The notes below the pieces were generated by a model. It ran no database searches. It saw nothing but the letters and a program-made list of their open reading frames with translations, and was not told where the DNA came from. 20,000 nucleotides of DNA from an uncultured virus (IMG/VR IMGVR_UViG_3300003690_000004) (Duplodnaviria; Heunggongvirae; Uroviricota; Caudoviricetes), in IMG/VR virus record IMGVR_UViG_3300003690_000004; one strand, given 5' to 3'. The stretch's first letter is position 1. Every line of letters starts with the position of its first letter. This document shows positions 8,263 through 15,959 of the stretch, piece by piece. Position numbers and translations under genes: made by a program.

Positions 8263-8811
8263 TCACTCTTCCTCGTCGCACCCACACCAACAGTTTTGGC
8301 AGAAGGCATTCGCGCAACCGTCGCAGTCCTCTAAGTCACTTTCTTCGGAGTAGTCGGAACAGCCCGCGCATTGACCGTAACCGTCGCAGGGCGTATTATT
8401 GATGATAACCGGAGCCGCTTGACGGGTGCCCCAGCGGTCGTCATCGGCCGTGTCTAACTGTGGGTATTCCATGAAAAACAGACCCTCCTGTTCTGAGGGT
8501 TCTCGCTTCAACATATAGCGGGGGATGATGGCTATAAGCCCACTATCAACACCTATCTCTTCGCCGCCGACGCACTCTGAGGGTTTTTGATGCTTGAATT
8601 CCCAACACCCATCACCGCCGGGTGATGAATGAATCTCGCAGAGGGCCCATTTGGCCGGAATTTCGTCAAAGGTGGTGGGGATGCTCACTGATACAGGGTA
8701 TGAAACTTTTCGCAGTTTGTTTTCCATGTGGCTGTACTGCTCTTTGGAGAGAACATAACAGGGGTCCCCCACGAAGTATTCCCAATCTGTTTTTATCTCT
8801 AAAATCGTCAT
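8263..8811 (-). CDS. Conserved viral hypothetical protein (GDPCY / GDG / VDSG motifs, DUF4241-like) with Cys-rich C-terminus
   Basis: YFVGDPCYVL, GGDGCW, IGVDSGLIAII; C-terminal CAGC..CDGC..CQNC; GAGGTGG RBS. Confidence 0.7.
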   Translation of the reverse strand: MTILEIKTDWEYFVGDPCYVLSKEQYSHMENKLRKVSYPVSVSIPTTFDEIPAKWALCEIHSSPGGDGCWEFKHQKPSECVGGEEIGVDSGLIAIIPRYMLKREPSEQEGLFFMEYPQLDTADDDRWGTRQAAPVIINNTPCDGYGQCAGCSDYSEESDLEDCDGCANAFCQNCWCGCDEEE

Positions 8812-8823
8812 GTTTTTCCACCT

Positions 8824-9057
8824 CTAAACTATGTTCCCACACCATGCACAGAAAGGGGCCCGATTATCATAGACGGCACGGCCTCCGCGGGTATAGCGGA
8901 TATGGCCGTGGGACCCGTTGCCTGCGTTGCACCACTGCCACTCGCCCTCTAGGAAATAAACAGGACTGCATCGGGATTGGTCGTAGTCATCTCTGTCGGC
9001 CTTGCTTATGCCAATGCACGCAGGGGGCCACGGGTGAATCTCAGTAATCGTCGTCAT
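8824..9057 (-). CDS. Small Cys/His protein (MTTITE...)
   Basis: GGAG RBS; C...H...CAWC. Confidence 0.6.
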   Translation of the reverse strand: MTTITEIHPWPPACIGISKADRDDYDQSRCSPVYFLEGEWQWCNAGNGSHGHIRYTRGGRAVYDNRAPFCAWCGNIV

Positions 9058-9328
9058 CTTCTTTCTCCACGGGCAGATTGACGCAATCGTCAATACAATA
9101 GAGCAGGTGTCCGAGCCAAATTTGGAAGTTTATGTTTCTCTCTCCGATTTCATCCAATTCGGTGACTTTGCTCTGGATTAACCTTTTGAGACTCTCTTTA
9201 TTGACTGCGCCAAACTCAGCAAAATCTAAGTCTGTTCTTACGACTTGGGTTCGGTGTCCTTCAAGGCACGAAAAGTCAGCGGGACCGAGATTACCACCAC
9301 ACTCTGCACAGTAGCCGATATCAGTCAT
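9041..9328 (-). CDS. Hypothetical protein with N-terminal Zn ribbon
   Basis: CAECGG...CLEGH; GGAGG RBS. Confidence 0.7.
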   Translation of the reverse strand: MTDIGYCAECGGNLGPADFSCLEGHRTQVVRTDLDFAEFGAVNKESLKRLIQSKVTELDEIGERNINFQIWLGHLLYCIDDCVNLPVEKEDDDDY

Positions 9329-9542
9329 TTTTTCGCCTCCCGTGTTTCATGCCGCGTGTCGTGATAGTACGGTTCCGGCAGGTGATGGAGCAGAACATAC
9401 GAGCGTTCCACTGCTTATCGCTGACGCCGTGTCGTCCGCGCGGACGATAGAATTCCTCTGCACAGCATTTGCACACCTTTGAGAGGAAATAGAAGTAGTC
9501 GCGCCCGTCGTACCGCGGGTCGAAAGGTGGTCCCGTCCGCAT
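9321..9542 (-). CDS. Small Zn-finger protein (CxxC...FCSxxC)
   Basis: KVCKCCAEEF...FCSITC; GGAG RBS. Confidence 0.7.
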   Translation of the reverse strand: MRTGPPFDPRYDGRDYFYFLSKVCKCCAEEFYRPRGRHGVSDKQWNARMFCSITCRNRTITTRGMKHGRRKND

Positions 9543-9545
9543 ATT

Positions 9546-9803
9546 TTACTCTCCGTTCAATTCCTCTTCCGCGAGGGTCATGTTATCTTTGAAGGTGCCA
9601 ATGTGCGTGTCGCACTGAAAACAAGCGAGGGTCTTAACCTCATCCTCGTCCTTATTAAGAAAATGAATCATCCATCCGAGGCTCAGAGAGGTTTCTCCAC
9701 AGGAGCGGAAATTCGGACATTTAATTGCATGGGTGATTCCATCGTACCCGTACTCTTTGGTGGTCCCGTCCGCATAGGTGATTAGTCCGATATGCTCCAT
9801 CAC
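9546..9803 (-). CDS. Small Zn-ribbon protein
   Basis: CPNFRSCG...CFQCD; AGGTGA RBS. Confidence 0.7.
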   Translation of the reverse strand: MMEHIGLITYADGTTKEYGYDGITHAIKCPNFRSCGETSLSLGWMIHFLNKDEDEVKTLACFQCDTHIGTFKDNMTLAEEELNGE

Positions 9804-9806
9804 TCA

Positions 9807-10037
9807 TCACCTATTAATTTTCCACGCCTCTTTTGCCTGTCTGTATCTGCGGACTATCTCGTCGTATGAGCGGGCGATGAAACTGAGCCACACGCCGATG
9901 AGGGCTCCGAATAGGAAGGTCGTGAAGGGATGATGTGATAATTCATAAAAATCACCACTGAAATATGCTAAGGCGACCGGTGCGCCAACAACAAGCGGCA
10001 TGGCGATAAGACAAGCCTCTGCGTCGTTATCAATCAT
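9807..10037 (-). CDS. Small membrane protein (2 TM)
   Basis: Two hydrophobic segments; GGTGA RBS. Confidence 0.7.
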   Translation of the reverse strand: MIDNDAEACLIAMPLVVGAPVALAYFSGDFYELSHHPFTTFLFGALIGVWLSFIARSYDEIVRRYRQAKEAWKINR

Positions 10038-10377
10038 CCGGCATCACCGTGTCTCTGATATCAATTACGAAGGGGGCATGGTCATCATGCGAGCGGACAC
10101 CCTTCCAATCAACCTCGCCCGCGGCCATCTCGCCGGCGTCTATGATTAACTGCCTTTGATATCCTATGAGGTCCCACAGCACTTGGCAGTCATCATTTGC
10201 CATGTGCGCTTCGACGCTATCCGTGGGATTCAATTCAAGGTATTTCTCTTTCAGAAATTCCATCGTTTTCTCTGCGATACTTCGGATTCTCTCGTGGCGA
10301 TGCTGGAAGCGTATCGTGAATTCGTAGCCGCGCTCTTCGTCTTCGCCACCGGTAACGGGGTTGTACTTCGTCATCAA
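10030..10377 (-). CDS. Hypothetical protein
   Basis: GGAGGGGTGA RBS; operon-packed. Confidence 0.75.
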   Translation of the reverse strand: MMTKYNPVTGGEDEERGYEFTIRFQHRHERIRSIAEKTMEFLKEKYLELNPTDSVEAHMANDDCQVLWDLIGYQRQLIIDAGEMAAGEVDWKGVRSHDDHAPFVIDIRDTVMPDD

Positions 10378-10782
10378 TCACCCCTCCAAGTCATCCCTAT
10401 TAACCCTGACGGTTTGCTCATCTAAGGTCTTGCTGATATCCTCTGCCACGATGTCGTTCGGGTCCCCGCGTGGTATGATATCCCATGCGTCTGATTGACT
10501 CTGTTCAACCTCGACCGTAGCCTTTCCGGCCTCGCTCATGTGCTTGAGCGCGAGCAGAGCGAATTTGCAGTTTTGAACGGAGCCATCCTCTAGGACCGTA
10601 AGAATTTTACGGGCACTCTTTTCCTCAATGATACATCTGTACACGAGAGCATTTCTATGCCTGTTTGCTTGAGCGCGTTGGTGCATTACACTCTGCATGG
10701 CGGACGCGCAGGGGATGAAGCACTCAAGGCCCATGTCGTCGGCGATACCCATGTAGCATCTGCGCTGTCCTTCATCGCTCAT
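10378..10782 (-). CDS. Hypothetical protein (MSDEGQRR...)
   Basis: GGAGGG RBS; ATGA coupling at 10782. Confidence 0.75.
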   Translation of the reverse strand: MSDEGQRRCYMGIADDMGLECFIPCASAMQSVMHQRAQANRHRNALVYRCIIEEKSARKILTVLEDGSVQNCKFALLALKHMSEAGKATVEVEQSQSDAWDIIPRGDPNDIVAEDISKTLDEQTVRVNRDDLEG

Positions 10783-10937
10783 GTTCGGGTCCCTCCGAAG
10801 AAACACTTCATCGAGCAGAAGACCTTCGCATCTAAGGCGTTTTGAAGGGCGGGGCCATCGCCACGCATCCCGAAGTCACAAGTCTGCCCACAGCGACAGC
10901 ATACGCTGGGTACCTCTTGGTTAACTACTCCGCTCAT
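10779..10937 (-). CDS. Leaderless small Zn-finger protein missed by the ORF track (52 aa, MSGVVNQEVPSVCCRCGQTCDFG...VFCSMKCFFGGTRT)
   Basis: ATG exactly 19 nt after GTTAAATACT; CxxC...FCSxxC; stop overlaps the next ATG. Confidence 0.75.
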   Translation of the reverse strand: MSGVVNQEVPSVCCRCGQTCDFGMRGDGPALQNALDAKVFCSMKCFFGGTRT

Positions 10938-10956
10938 AATTAACCATTATCTTCCA

Positions 10957-11000
10957 AGTATTTAACTGTTGTGATTTCGTGATTTATTAAAATTGTAACC
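10957..11000 (-). promoter_or_regulatory. Promoter cassette A copy 2
   Basis: GGTTACAATTTTAATAAATCACG-N11-GTTAAATACT. Confidence 0.85.
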
Positions 11001-11037
11001 ACGGGGGGCCGCTTTGCACACACGAGCCATCAAGATT

Positions 11038-11322
11038 TCAGCCCTTCTTTTTGAGGCCCAATTGAGAGAGAAAGACCCGATAGGATTTCTTGATGAAATC
11101 GAATCCTGAATTGGTTTGGAATTTCACACAAGGCACCCAGCGGCCGCGAATGAGCCTACCCCGAAAATCGTTGTGAGATGATTCCGAGTATGGTTCATAG
11201 TGAGATTTCTCCCAGCGATATTCGACCAACATGAGGTACATTTTCTGCGGTGGAGCGCCTGCTCTCTTTGGACGCCGGGTGCGATAGTGTGGTAGTGATA
11301 CCCTGAATTTCTTATCACGCAT
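11038..11322 (-). CDS. Basic hypothetical protein
   Basis: Overlaps the stop of the upstream gene; last gene of the unit. Confidence 0.65.
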   Translation of the reverse strand: MRDKKFRVSLPHYRTRRPKRAGAPPQKMYLMLVEYRWEKSHYEPYSESSHNDFRGRLIRGRWVPCVKFQTNSGFDFIKKSYRVFLSQLGLKKKG

Positions 11323-11602
11323 AGCCGAGCGCCTTCCTGACGATTAGGATTTCAAAGGGTAATTGTTCTATCATTTTCCACCGTAGGTATTCACAGGTCA
11401 AGAACAGGTGGAATTCCGGTGGGTACTGCTCGTGGTCGAATACGGCAGGCCCGAAGGGCGGAATGAATTCGTGGAGCGTTAACGCCCCGTTCATCCTCTG
11501 AATCCAAGCAATTTTCTTTCTCATTTGCTTTTTCCACAAGTGGAATCCGATGACCTTCTGTTCTGCCTCTTTCATGCGGGCCAGCGCCTCCATTTTGGTC
11601 AT
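11315..11602 (-). CDS. Hypothetical protein (MTKMEA...)
   Basis: ATGA coupling at 11602; GGTGA RBS. Confidence 0.7.
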   Translation of the reverse strand: MTKMEALARMKEAEQKVIGFHLWKKQMRKKIAWIQRMNGALTLHEFIPPFGPAVFDHEQYPPEFHLFLTCEYLRWKMIEQLPFEILIVRKALGYA

Positions 11603-11781
11603 AGCAATATCACCGCCACAGCCATGCCGGTGAAACCGGCAAGAAAACAAATCCCGATTTTGAGTAAGAATAACAATTCCCGAATTTCTTCGTCGTACAC
11701 CGCCTGCGAGAAACCCGAAGGGTGCGGCGGTCCTGTTCCGACCGGTGGGGCAGGGGAGAAACGCTCAGGCTTCAATTTCAT
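11599..11781 (-). CDS. Small membrane protein (MKLKPE...)
   Basis: C-terminal hydrophobic segment; ATGA coupling. Confidence 0.65.
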   Translation of the reverse strand: MKLKPERFSPAPPVGTGPPHPSGFSQAVYDEEIRELLFLLKIGICFLAGFTGMAVAVILL

Positions 11782-12248
11782 CGCCCCACCGAATCCCAAT
11801 TAATCCAGCCCTCGCCGTCGTAGTCGCGGAGGCACTCAGTCGCCCACGCATCAACGGAGGTGTATTCGTCCAGCATTAGGAAGGTCGCCACCGTTGCGCT
11901 CTCGGCTCGGTCAAGGGTTCGGCTCGCGCCGTCATACCAATCTAAGAACCAAAACTCAATCGAGCCGTCGGCGTATATCCTGACTTCTTCGGACGGGCCA
12001 CCCCAAGAGAATTGAAACCTAACGAAGCCGCGACGCTGTTCGTTGAAGGTTCCAGCCCCCACGAAATCTAGCGATAGGCCGTAGTCGTATGGCTCGCCGT
12101 CCTCGTCGGGCTTGTAGCCGTCGGGGTTGTCGTCTGCGTCGTACTCCCCTTGATTGAATCTCTCAAGGTCAGCAAGGCGCGAGTCCCGCGCAGGGCATAC
12201 CCTATCTGCGCACTTATCGCTGATGGGGGCGTTATCACTCATATTCAT
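11778..12248 (-). CDS. Conserved viral hypothetical protein (YGLS..SWGGPSEE..LDWYDGA)
   Basis: Aromatic/acidic motif pattern I recognise from uncharacterised virus proteins; ATGA coupling. Confidence 0.75.
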   Translation of the reverse strand: MNMSDNAPISDKCADRVCPARDSRLADLERFNQGEYDADDNPDGYKPDEDGEPYDYGLSLDFVGAGTFNEQRRGFVRFQFSWGGPSEEVRIYADGSIEFWFLDWYDGASRTLDRAESATVATFLMLDEYTSVDAWATECLRDYDGEGWINWDSVGR

Positions 12249-12553
12249 CGCCCCCTAAGTTTCCGGAATGACTTGAGGCACGACGGACACATTTCAGCGT
12301 CCGTTGGTTTTCCCTTTCGGAATCCCCTTCCGCACATCAAGCACTTGAAATGAAGTCGCTCTTCCTTTTTAATAATGAGGCGCCGCTTCTGACCTTCCGG
12401 AGTCCAATCATGCAGGCGCGTGATGTTGTTCTTGTGACGAATGCTTTTTCCCGTGTTGATAGTTTTTATGACTTCATCCAAGCCATCACCCTTTCTAATG
12501 GATTTATCACTCATACGACATTTCACCTTCCAAAACTCCTTCCCACGGTCCAC
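12245..12553 (-). CDS. Basic protein with C-terminal Zn ribbon
   Basis: CLMCGRGF...CPSC. Confidence 0.65.
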   Translation of the reverse strand: MDRGKEFWKVKCRMSDKSIRKGDGLDEVIKTINTGKSIRHKNNITRLHDWTPEGQKRRLIIKKEERLHFKCLMCGRGFRKGKPTDAEMCPSCLKSFRKLRGR

Positions 12554-12887
12554 CCCTTTCTGAGTTTTTCTGCCGTAGTTTGGCTACGCACCCGCCGAGG
12601 CTGTGCGAGTCAATGTGGAGTATTTTGGTCCTGTTGCGAGACACGAGGCAGAGCCGGAAGGTCATGCCACCGGTTACAAGCGGGGACTCGTCGTGATTAT
12701 TATTCAGGGGAGAAATTGCTATGCTGACGCCGGAGTCTGCGAGTAATTTCATCTCTGTGTGACTGAGCCAATGGGTGATTCCGAGGTACCGCTCGCTCGC
12801 GGCATAGCCGTCATCCCGAGAAAAATCGGCCTCCGTACTTTTGAAATCGGTCGAAGGACACTGACTGAATCCGCTCCACTCATTCAT
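12507..12887 (-). CDS. Hypothetical protein (MNEWSG...)
   Basis: GGAGGGTGA RBS before ATG at 12887. Confidence 0.6.
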   Translation of the reverse strand: MNEWSGFSQCPSTDFKSTEADFSRDDGYAASERYLGITHWLSHTEMKLLADSGVSIAISPLNNNHDESPLVTGGMTFRLCLVSRNRTKILHIDSHSLGGCVAKLRQKNSERGGPWEGVLEGEMSYE

Positions 12888-13146
12888 CGCCGTCACCCTC
12901 CGCATTCGTTGGAATGATGATGCCGTCCTTGTGTCCGAGCCAATCCGAATCATACTTCTCTTGGTCCTTCGTGCGCTGATTCTTAGGCGTGAAGCCCAGC
13001 GGGTCTTCAAGCCACGATTGGAATGCCTCGTGGGTGACGATTCTTGGTCGGCGGATGAAAAACAAGAAATCGCCGTCCACTTTACCGGCGCGGAGCGTAT
13101 TGCTGTGGAGTTTGTGGCCTTCCCAGCCGCACTCGCAATCAGACAT
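12880..13146 (-). CDS. Hypothetical protein, N-terminal CxCGW
   Basis: GGAGGT RBS. Confidence 0.7.
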   Translation of the reverse strand: MSDCECGWEGHKLHSNTLRAGKVDGDFLFFIRRPRIVTHEAFQSWLEDPLGFTPKNQRTKDQEKYDSDWLGHKDGIIIPTNAEGDGDE

Positions 13147-13249
13147 GAATTATACCTCCGATGCCATCGCGTATAGCCTTATCGGGAAGGTATTCCTCAT
13201 AGGTCCACTCATCGGTTTCGACACGCAGTCTGAGAATCAAGGTAATCAT
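13139..13249 (-). CDS. Putative 36-aa protein missed by the ORF track (MITLILRLRVETDEWTYEEYLPDKAIRDGIGGIIHV)
   Basis: ATGA coupling with 13246 stop; GGAGGGG RBS; fills the gap exactly. Confidence 0.55.
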   Translation of the reverse strand: MITLILRLRVETDEWTYEEYLPDKAIRDGIGGIIHV

Positions 13250-13449
13250 GGTACCCCTCCGCAGGTGAGGCACACCCAAATGATTTGGCGACTAAAGCCC
13301 CATACCCGCGCCTCTGAGGTCGGGCATGGGCAGGTGCAATCGAACAGGTCATGGCCTAGAAGGTGAATCATACTACGCCTCCGCACCGCGTACACAGGGA
13401 CCATCGCCCGGGGCCGCGTCCGCTCAGAGTCAAAATCGGCAGGAAACAT
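13246..13449 (-). CDS. Small Cys-rich protein
   Basis: CTCPC...CLTCG; ATG abuts the upstream stop. Confidence 0.55.
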   Translation of the reverse strand: MFPADFDSERTRPRAMVPVYAVRRRSMIHLLGHDLFDCTCPCPTSEARVWGFSRQIIWVCLTCGGVP

Positions 13450-13617
13450 TCACACTTCTGTTGAGTCAAATTCTTCACCACCGTTTTCCATCTCATCTAA
13501 GCAATCTTGGGAGCATATTCGGGGGCCGAATTTGTACTCCCCGTTCGCATCCGTGTGAACATCTGCGCAACAGCAGTCACAGCGCCCGTCACGCTCAAAG
13601 CGTCGCTCAAGCCCCAT
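13450..13617 (-). CDS. Small Zn-finger protein (MGLERRFE...)
   Basis: GGGAGGGG RBS; CDCCC...ICSQDC. Confidence 0.6.
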   Translation of the reverse strand: MGLERRFERDGRCDCCCADVHTDANGEYKFGPRICSQDCLDEMENGGEEFDSTEV

Positions 13618-13960
13618 CGGACCCCTCCCTGCCGATTTTGACGCTGTGACTGCTCGCGCCCAATTTGAGAATCGTATCAACGGTCGCGCTTCGGAATCGT
13701 TCGCATCCATCCATCATGGCCTTGATATCATCGTCGGTGAGTCTAATCATCGCGCCGATGCGCGTCCCCGTTGAGCCGATTATCTCGATGTGCGGGGATA
13801 TGGTACCGAGTACGATACGGGCCCTGACGGTGCCCTTCTTGAAGGGCAGTCCCCTCTCGGGAAGGTCAATCATTATCGGGGGTACATCCGAAAAGGTCAT
13901 AGGGCCCCGATAAGGATGGAGCCTGCCTGCTTCGCGGTGTTCTTTCTGTGAATCAACCAT
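13607..13960 (-). CDS. Hypothetical protein (MVDSQK...)
   Basis: GGGGAGGG RBS before ATG at 13960. Confidence 0.65.
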   Translation of the reverse strand: MVDSQKEHREAGRLHPYRGPMTFSDVPPIMIDLPERGLPFKKGTVRARIVLGTISPHIEIIGSTGTRIGAMIRLTDDDIKAMMDGCERFRSATVDTILKLGASSHSVKIGREGSDGA

Positions 13961-14339
13961 TATAAATTCCCTCCCCAATTAAATCCTTTCGGATATCTCG
14001 GAATGGTTTTTCAGTGAATGAAGTGTCGCGCTCAATCGGGAGCATCATGGAGCCCGGGGACCGCGCTACTGCATTGAATTCTGCCATTGAAAAGTAACCC
14101 CACTCACCGAAGGTGCCGTCCACGAATCCGAACCATGTTTGATTTTCTTCATCCCACTCGGTCGCGTACCAAGTCCAAGAAGACCACGGATGGAAATACT
14201 TGGCAACGATGATAGTCCCGTCAGGAAATCGTTCGGAGGAATCCTTGAGTCGTGGGTCCTGCCCGCCTGCTCTCCAATCCTGCGAGCCGTGCCTGTCGAA
14301 GCGTTGCTTTAGGTACTTCGGCATCAATTTTGCTTGCAT
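13953..14339 (-). CDS. DUF2958 family protein
   Basis: VAKYFHPWSSWTWYATEWD...FGFVDG..EWGYFSMAEF...PIERDTSF is the characteristic pattern; AAAGGAGG RBS. Confidence 0.85.
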   Translation of the reverse strand: MQAKLMPKYLKQRFDRHGSQDWRAGGQDPRLKDSSERFPDGTIIVAKYFHPWSSWTWYATEWDEENQTWFGFVDGTFGEWGYFSMAEFNAVARSPGSMMLPIERDTSFTEKPFRDIRKDLIGEGIYNG

Positions 14340-14687
14340 AATTTTTCCTCCTTTGGGTTTCCGGCGACCCCCCCGCCGCCGAGCGGAGGACGCCTATTCC
14401 GGCCCTTGAGAAGCAGGCGGGCCGCTCCCTCTCTCCCCGCCGGAGTGCAATCGGGGACCCACGCCCGCCGTCCGGGCTGTGCGGGATTTGCACCCGCGGT
14501 GATGGGCCCCGAGCCTGTAACTCCGAGATTGCGCCACGCTCCAAACGCTCGCATAACCCGGCTGTCGGGGAGAGGTGAAGCGGGTACTCCCGCATTCCCG
14601 ACACCACACAGAATCACATCTGCTCTCACGGAATTAACCGGAGTATGGCTATCGGTTCGGGAGGGAGCCACCCCTCCTTCTGCCTCT
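14340..14687 (-). ncRNA. Candidate structured RNA or 5' leader (~350 nt)
   Basis: Starts at the predicted TSS of cassette copy 3 without ATG; many nested stems with G-U pairs; T-loop-like hairpin GCGGG-TGCAAAT-CCCGC. Confidence 0.6.
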
Positions 14688-14706
14688 AATTAACCATATA
14701 TGTTCA

Positions 14707-14750
14707 AGTATTTAACTGTTCCGATTTCATGATTTATTAAAATTGTAACC
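14707..14750 (-). promoter_or_regulatory. Promoter cassette A copy 3
   Basis: GGTTACAATTTTAATAAATCATG-N11-GTTAAATACT; 14687-14750 closely resembles 10937-11000. Confidence 0.85.
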
Positions 14751-14882
14751 CGGGCCCCGCTCCCCCGTGTGCGCCCGCAGGCACACACTTTTTCCACGAC
14801 CGTTTATCTGTCGCAGGCCACGCAGATGTAAGAGGAAATCAGGTCCGAATTTGTCCCGAGGGGGAGGCCGCCTCCACAGACC

Positions 14883-15149
14883 CTACAAACCAGCATTGAT
14901 TTTTCCCTCCCGAATTTCTTCATCTCGTGCGCGTGCTTGAATGAATGCTACGCGGTCGCGCGTCACCCACACGCGGGGGTTACGGGTCCCACATTTTCTG
15001 CATCTGCTTTCCTCGGTGCCGGGGCGCTGTGTGACCCACAGCCATAGATGACCGCAACAATTCGCCCGTCGCTTTTCGCAGGTCGGAGCAATTTTGATTG
15101 GGCCCACACGCGAGGACGCGGGGAAAACCCAAGTCAGTTTTTCTGCCAC
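14883..15149 (-). CDS. Small Zn-ribbon protein
   Basis: GAGGTGA RBS, GTG start; CCGH...CRKCG. Confidence 0.7.
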   Translation of the reverse strand: MAEKLTWVFPASSRVGPIKIAPTCEKRRANCCGHLWLWVTQRPGTEESRCRKCGTRNPRVWVTRDRVAFIQARARDEEIREGKINAGL

Positions 15150-15152
15150 GGT

Positions 15153-15293
15153 TCACCTCTCGGGCGGCCACGGGGTCGTCGGCGCCGAGAGAATTCGGCG
15201 GATGAAAAACATGGTGATGGCCCACTTGAAGCCGGGCGTACCCACGATGACGGGGGGGTCCATCCGCATGAGGATGAGAGCCTCAGTTTTCAT
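15153..15293 (-). CDS. Putative 46-aa protein missed by the ORF track (MKTEALILMRMDPPVIVGTPGFKWAITMFFIRRILSAPTTPWPPER)
   Basis: Fills the gap between neighbours; its stop lies in the RBS of the next gene. Confidence 0.5.
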   Translation of the reverse strand: MKTEALILMRMDPPVIVGTPGFKWAITMFFIRRILSAPTTPWPPER

Positions 15294-15558
15294 CGGAGTC
15301 CCCCGGCATGGTTAATTCCAACCACCGCTTTCTTGAGATGATTTCCCACTCCTTCGGGTCGAATCCGACCTTCGGAATCGCTTCCCAAGTCGGCTGTTTT
15401 CTGCCACGGAATTCTATGAAGCCTCGGAAGAGATAACCCGCCCGCGTCACGACTTCGCGCTTGAATTCGGCCTCCGTTTTATTCCAAAGGATGCTCGTTA
15501 CGGGCATTCGTGGTTGCCCCCACTTGGTCAAGTGGGCGACGGGAATCTCAGCCTTCAT
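15283..15558 (-). CDS. Hypothetical protein (MKAEIP...)
   Basis: GGAG RBS before ATG at 15558 (alternative ATG at 15570). Confidence 0.65.
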   Translation of the reverse strand: MKAEIPVAHLTKWGQPRMPVTSILWNKTEAEFKREVVTRAGYLFRGFIEFRGRKQPTWEAIPKVGFDPKEWEIISRKRWLELTMPGDSDEN

Positions 15559-15646
15559 TTTTCTCCGCATTTTCGGCCTCCGTTTTATTCCAAGCCTTAA
15601 GGCACGAGTGGCAGATAGCACGGTCTTGGCATAGGCACTCAGTCAT
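15548..15646 (-). CDS. Putative 32-aa Cys-rich peptide (MTECLCQDRAICHSCLKAWNKTEAENAEKNEG)
   Basis: GGAG RBS right after the predicted TSS of cassette copy 4. Confidence 0.55.
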   Translation of the reverse strand: MTECLCQDRAICHSCLKAWNKTEAENAEKNEG

Positions 15647-15676
15647 TTTCGGCTCCGAATATCCATGTTTTGTGCA

Positions 15677-15720
15677 AGTATTTAACGGTTCCGATATCGT
15701 GATTTATTAAAATTGTAACC
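15677..15720 (-). promoter_or_regulatory. Promoter cassette A copy 4
   Basis: GGTTACAATTTTAATAAATCACG-N11-GTTAAATACT. Confidence 0.85.
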
Positions 15721-15893
15721 GGCTGTCGGGGAGGAACCGAAAATTCGCCCGGGGGTCTGCGGACTCTCTCTTTTTTAACGGCTCCCGATTTCTTCCGAAG
15801 GAAATCTGTGCCTGATTTATTATACTTTTCTGCGGTGGTTTTTGTAACCCGGTAGGTGTAAGCCGCGAGGGCGCCGCGCGTGTGGGCTCCCCC

Positions 15894-15914
15894 GGTTACA
15901 ATTTTAATAAATCA
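15894..15914 (+). promoter_or_regulatory. Inverted copy of the cassette A upstream element, without TATA
   Basis: GGTTACAATTTTAATAAATCA on the plus strand; GC-rich where TATA should be. Confidence 0.7.
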
Positions 15915-15959
15915 GCCTGCGAATCTGCGGGCGCGGGTTACAAAAAACGAATCCACGAT

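Noticed and set aside
14460..14520. tRNA gene around the T-arm-like hairpin
   Set aside because: No compatible acceptor, D and anticodon arms, no GTTCRA and no CCA; kept only as a T-loop-like element
14221..14693. ORFs 14221..14607, 14324..14671, 14334..14693, 14394..14609
   Set aside because: Overlapping Pro/Arg/Gly-rich frames typical of GC-rich structured DNA; no good RBS. 14394..14609 has one CRECG motif but no second metal-ligand pair, so it is not fully excluded
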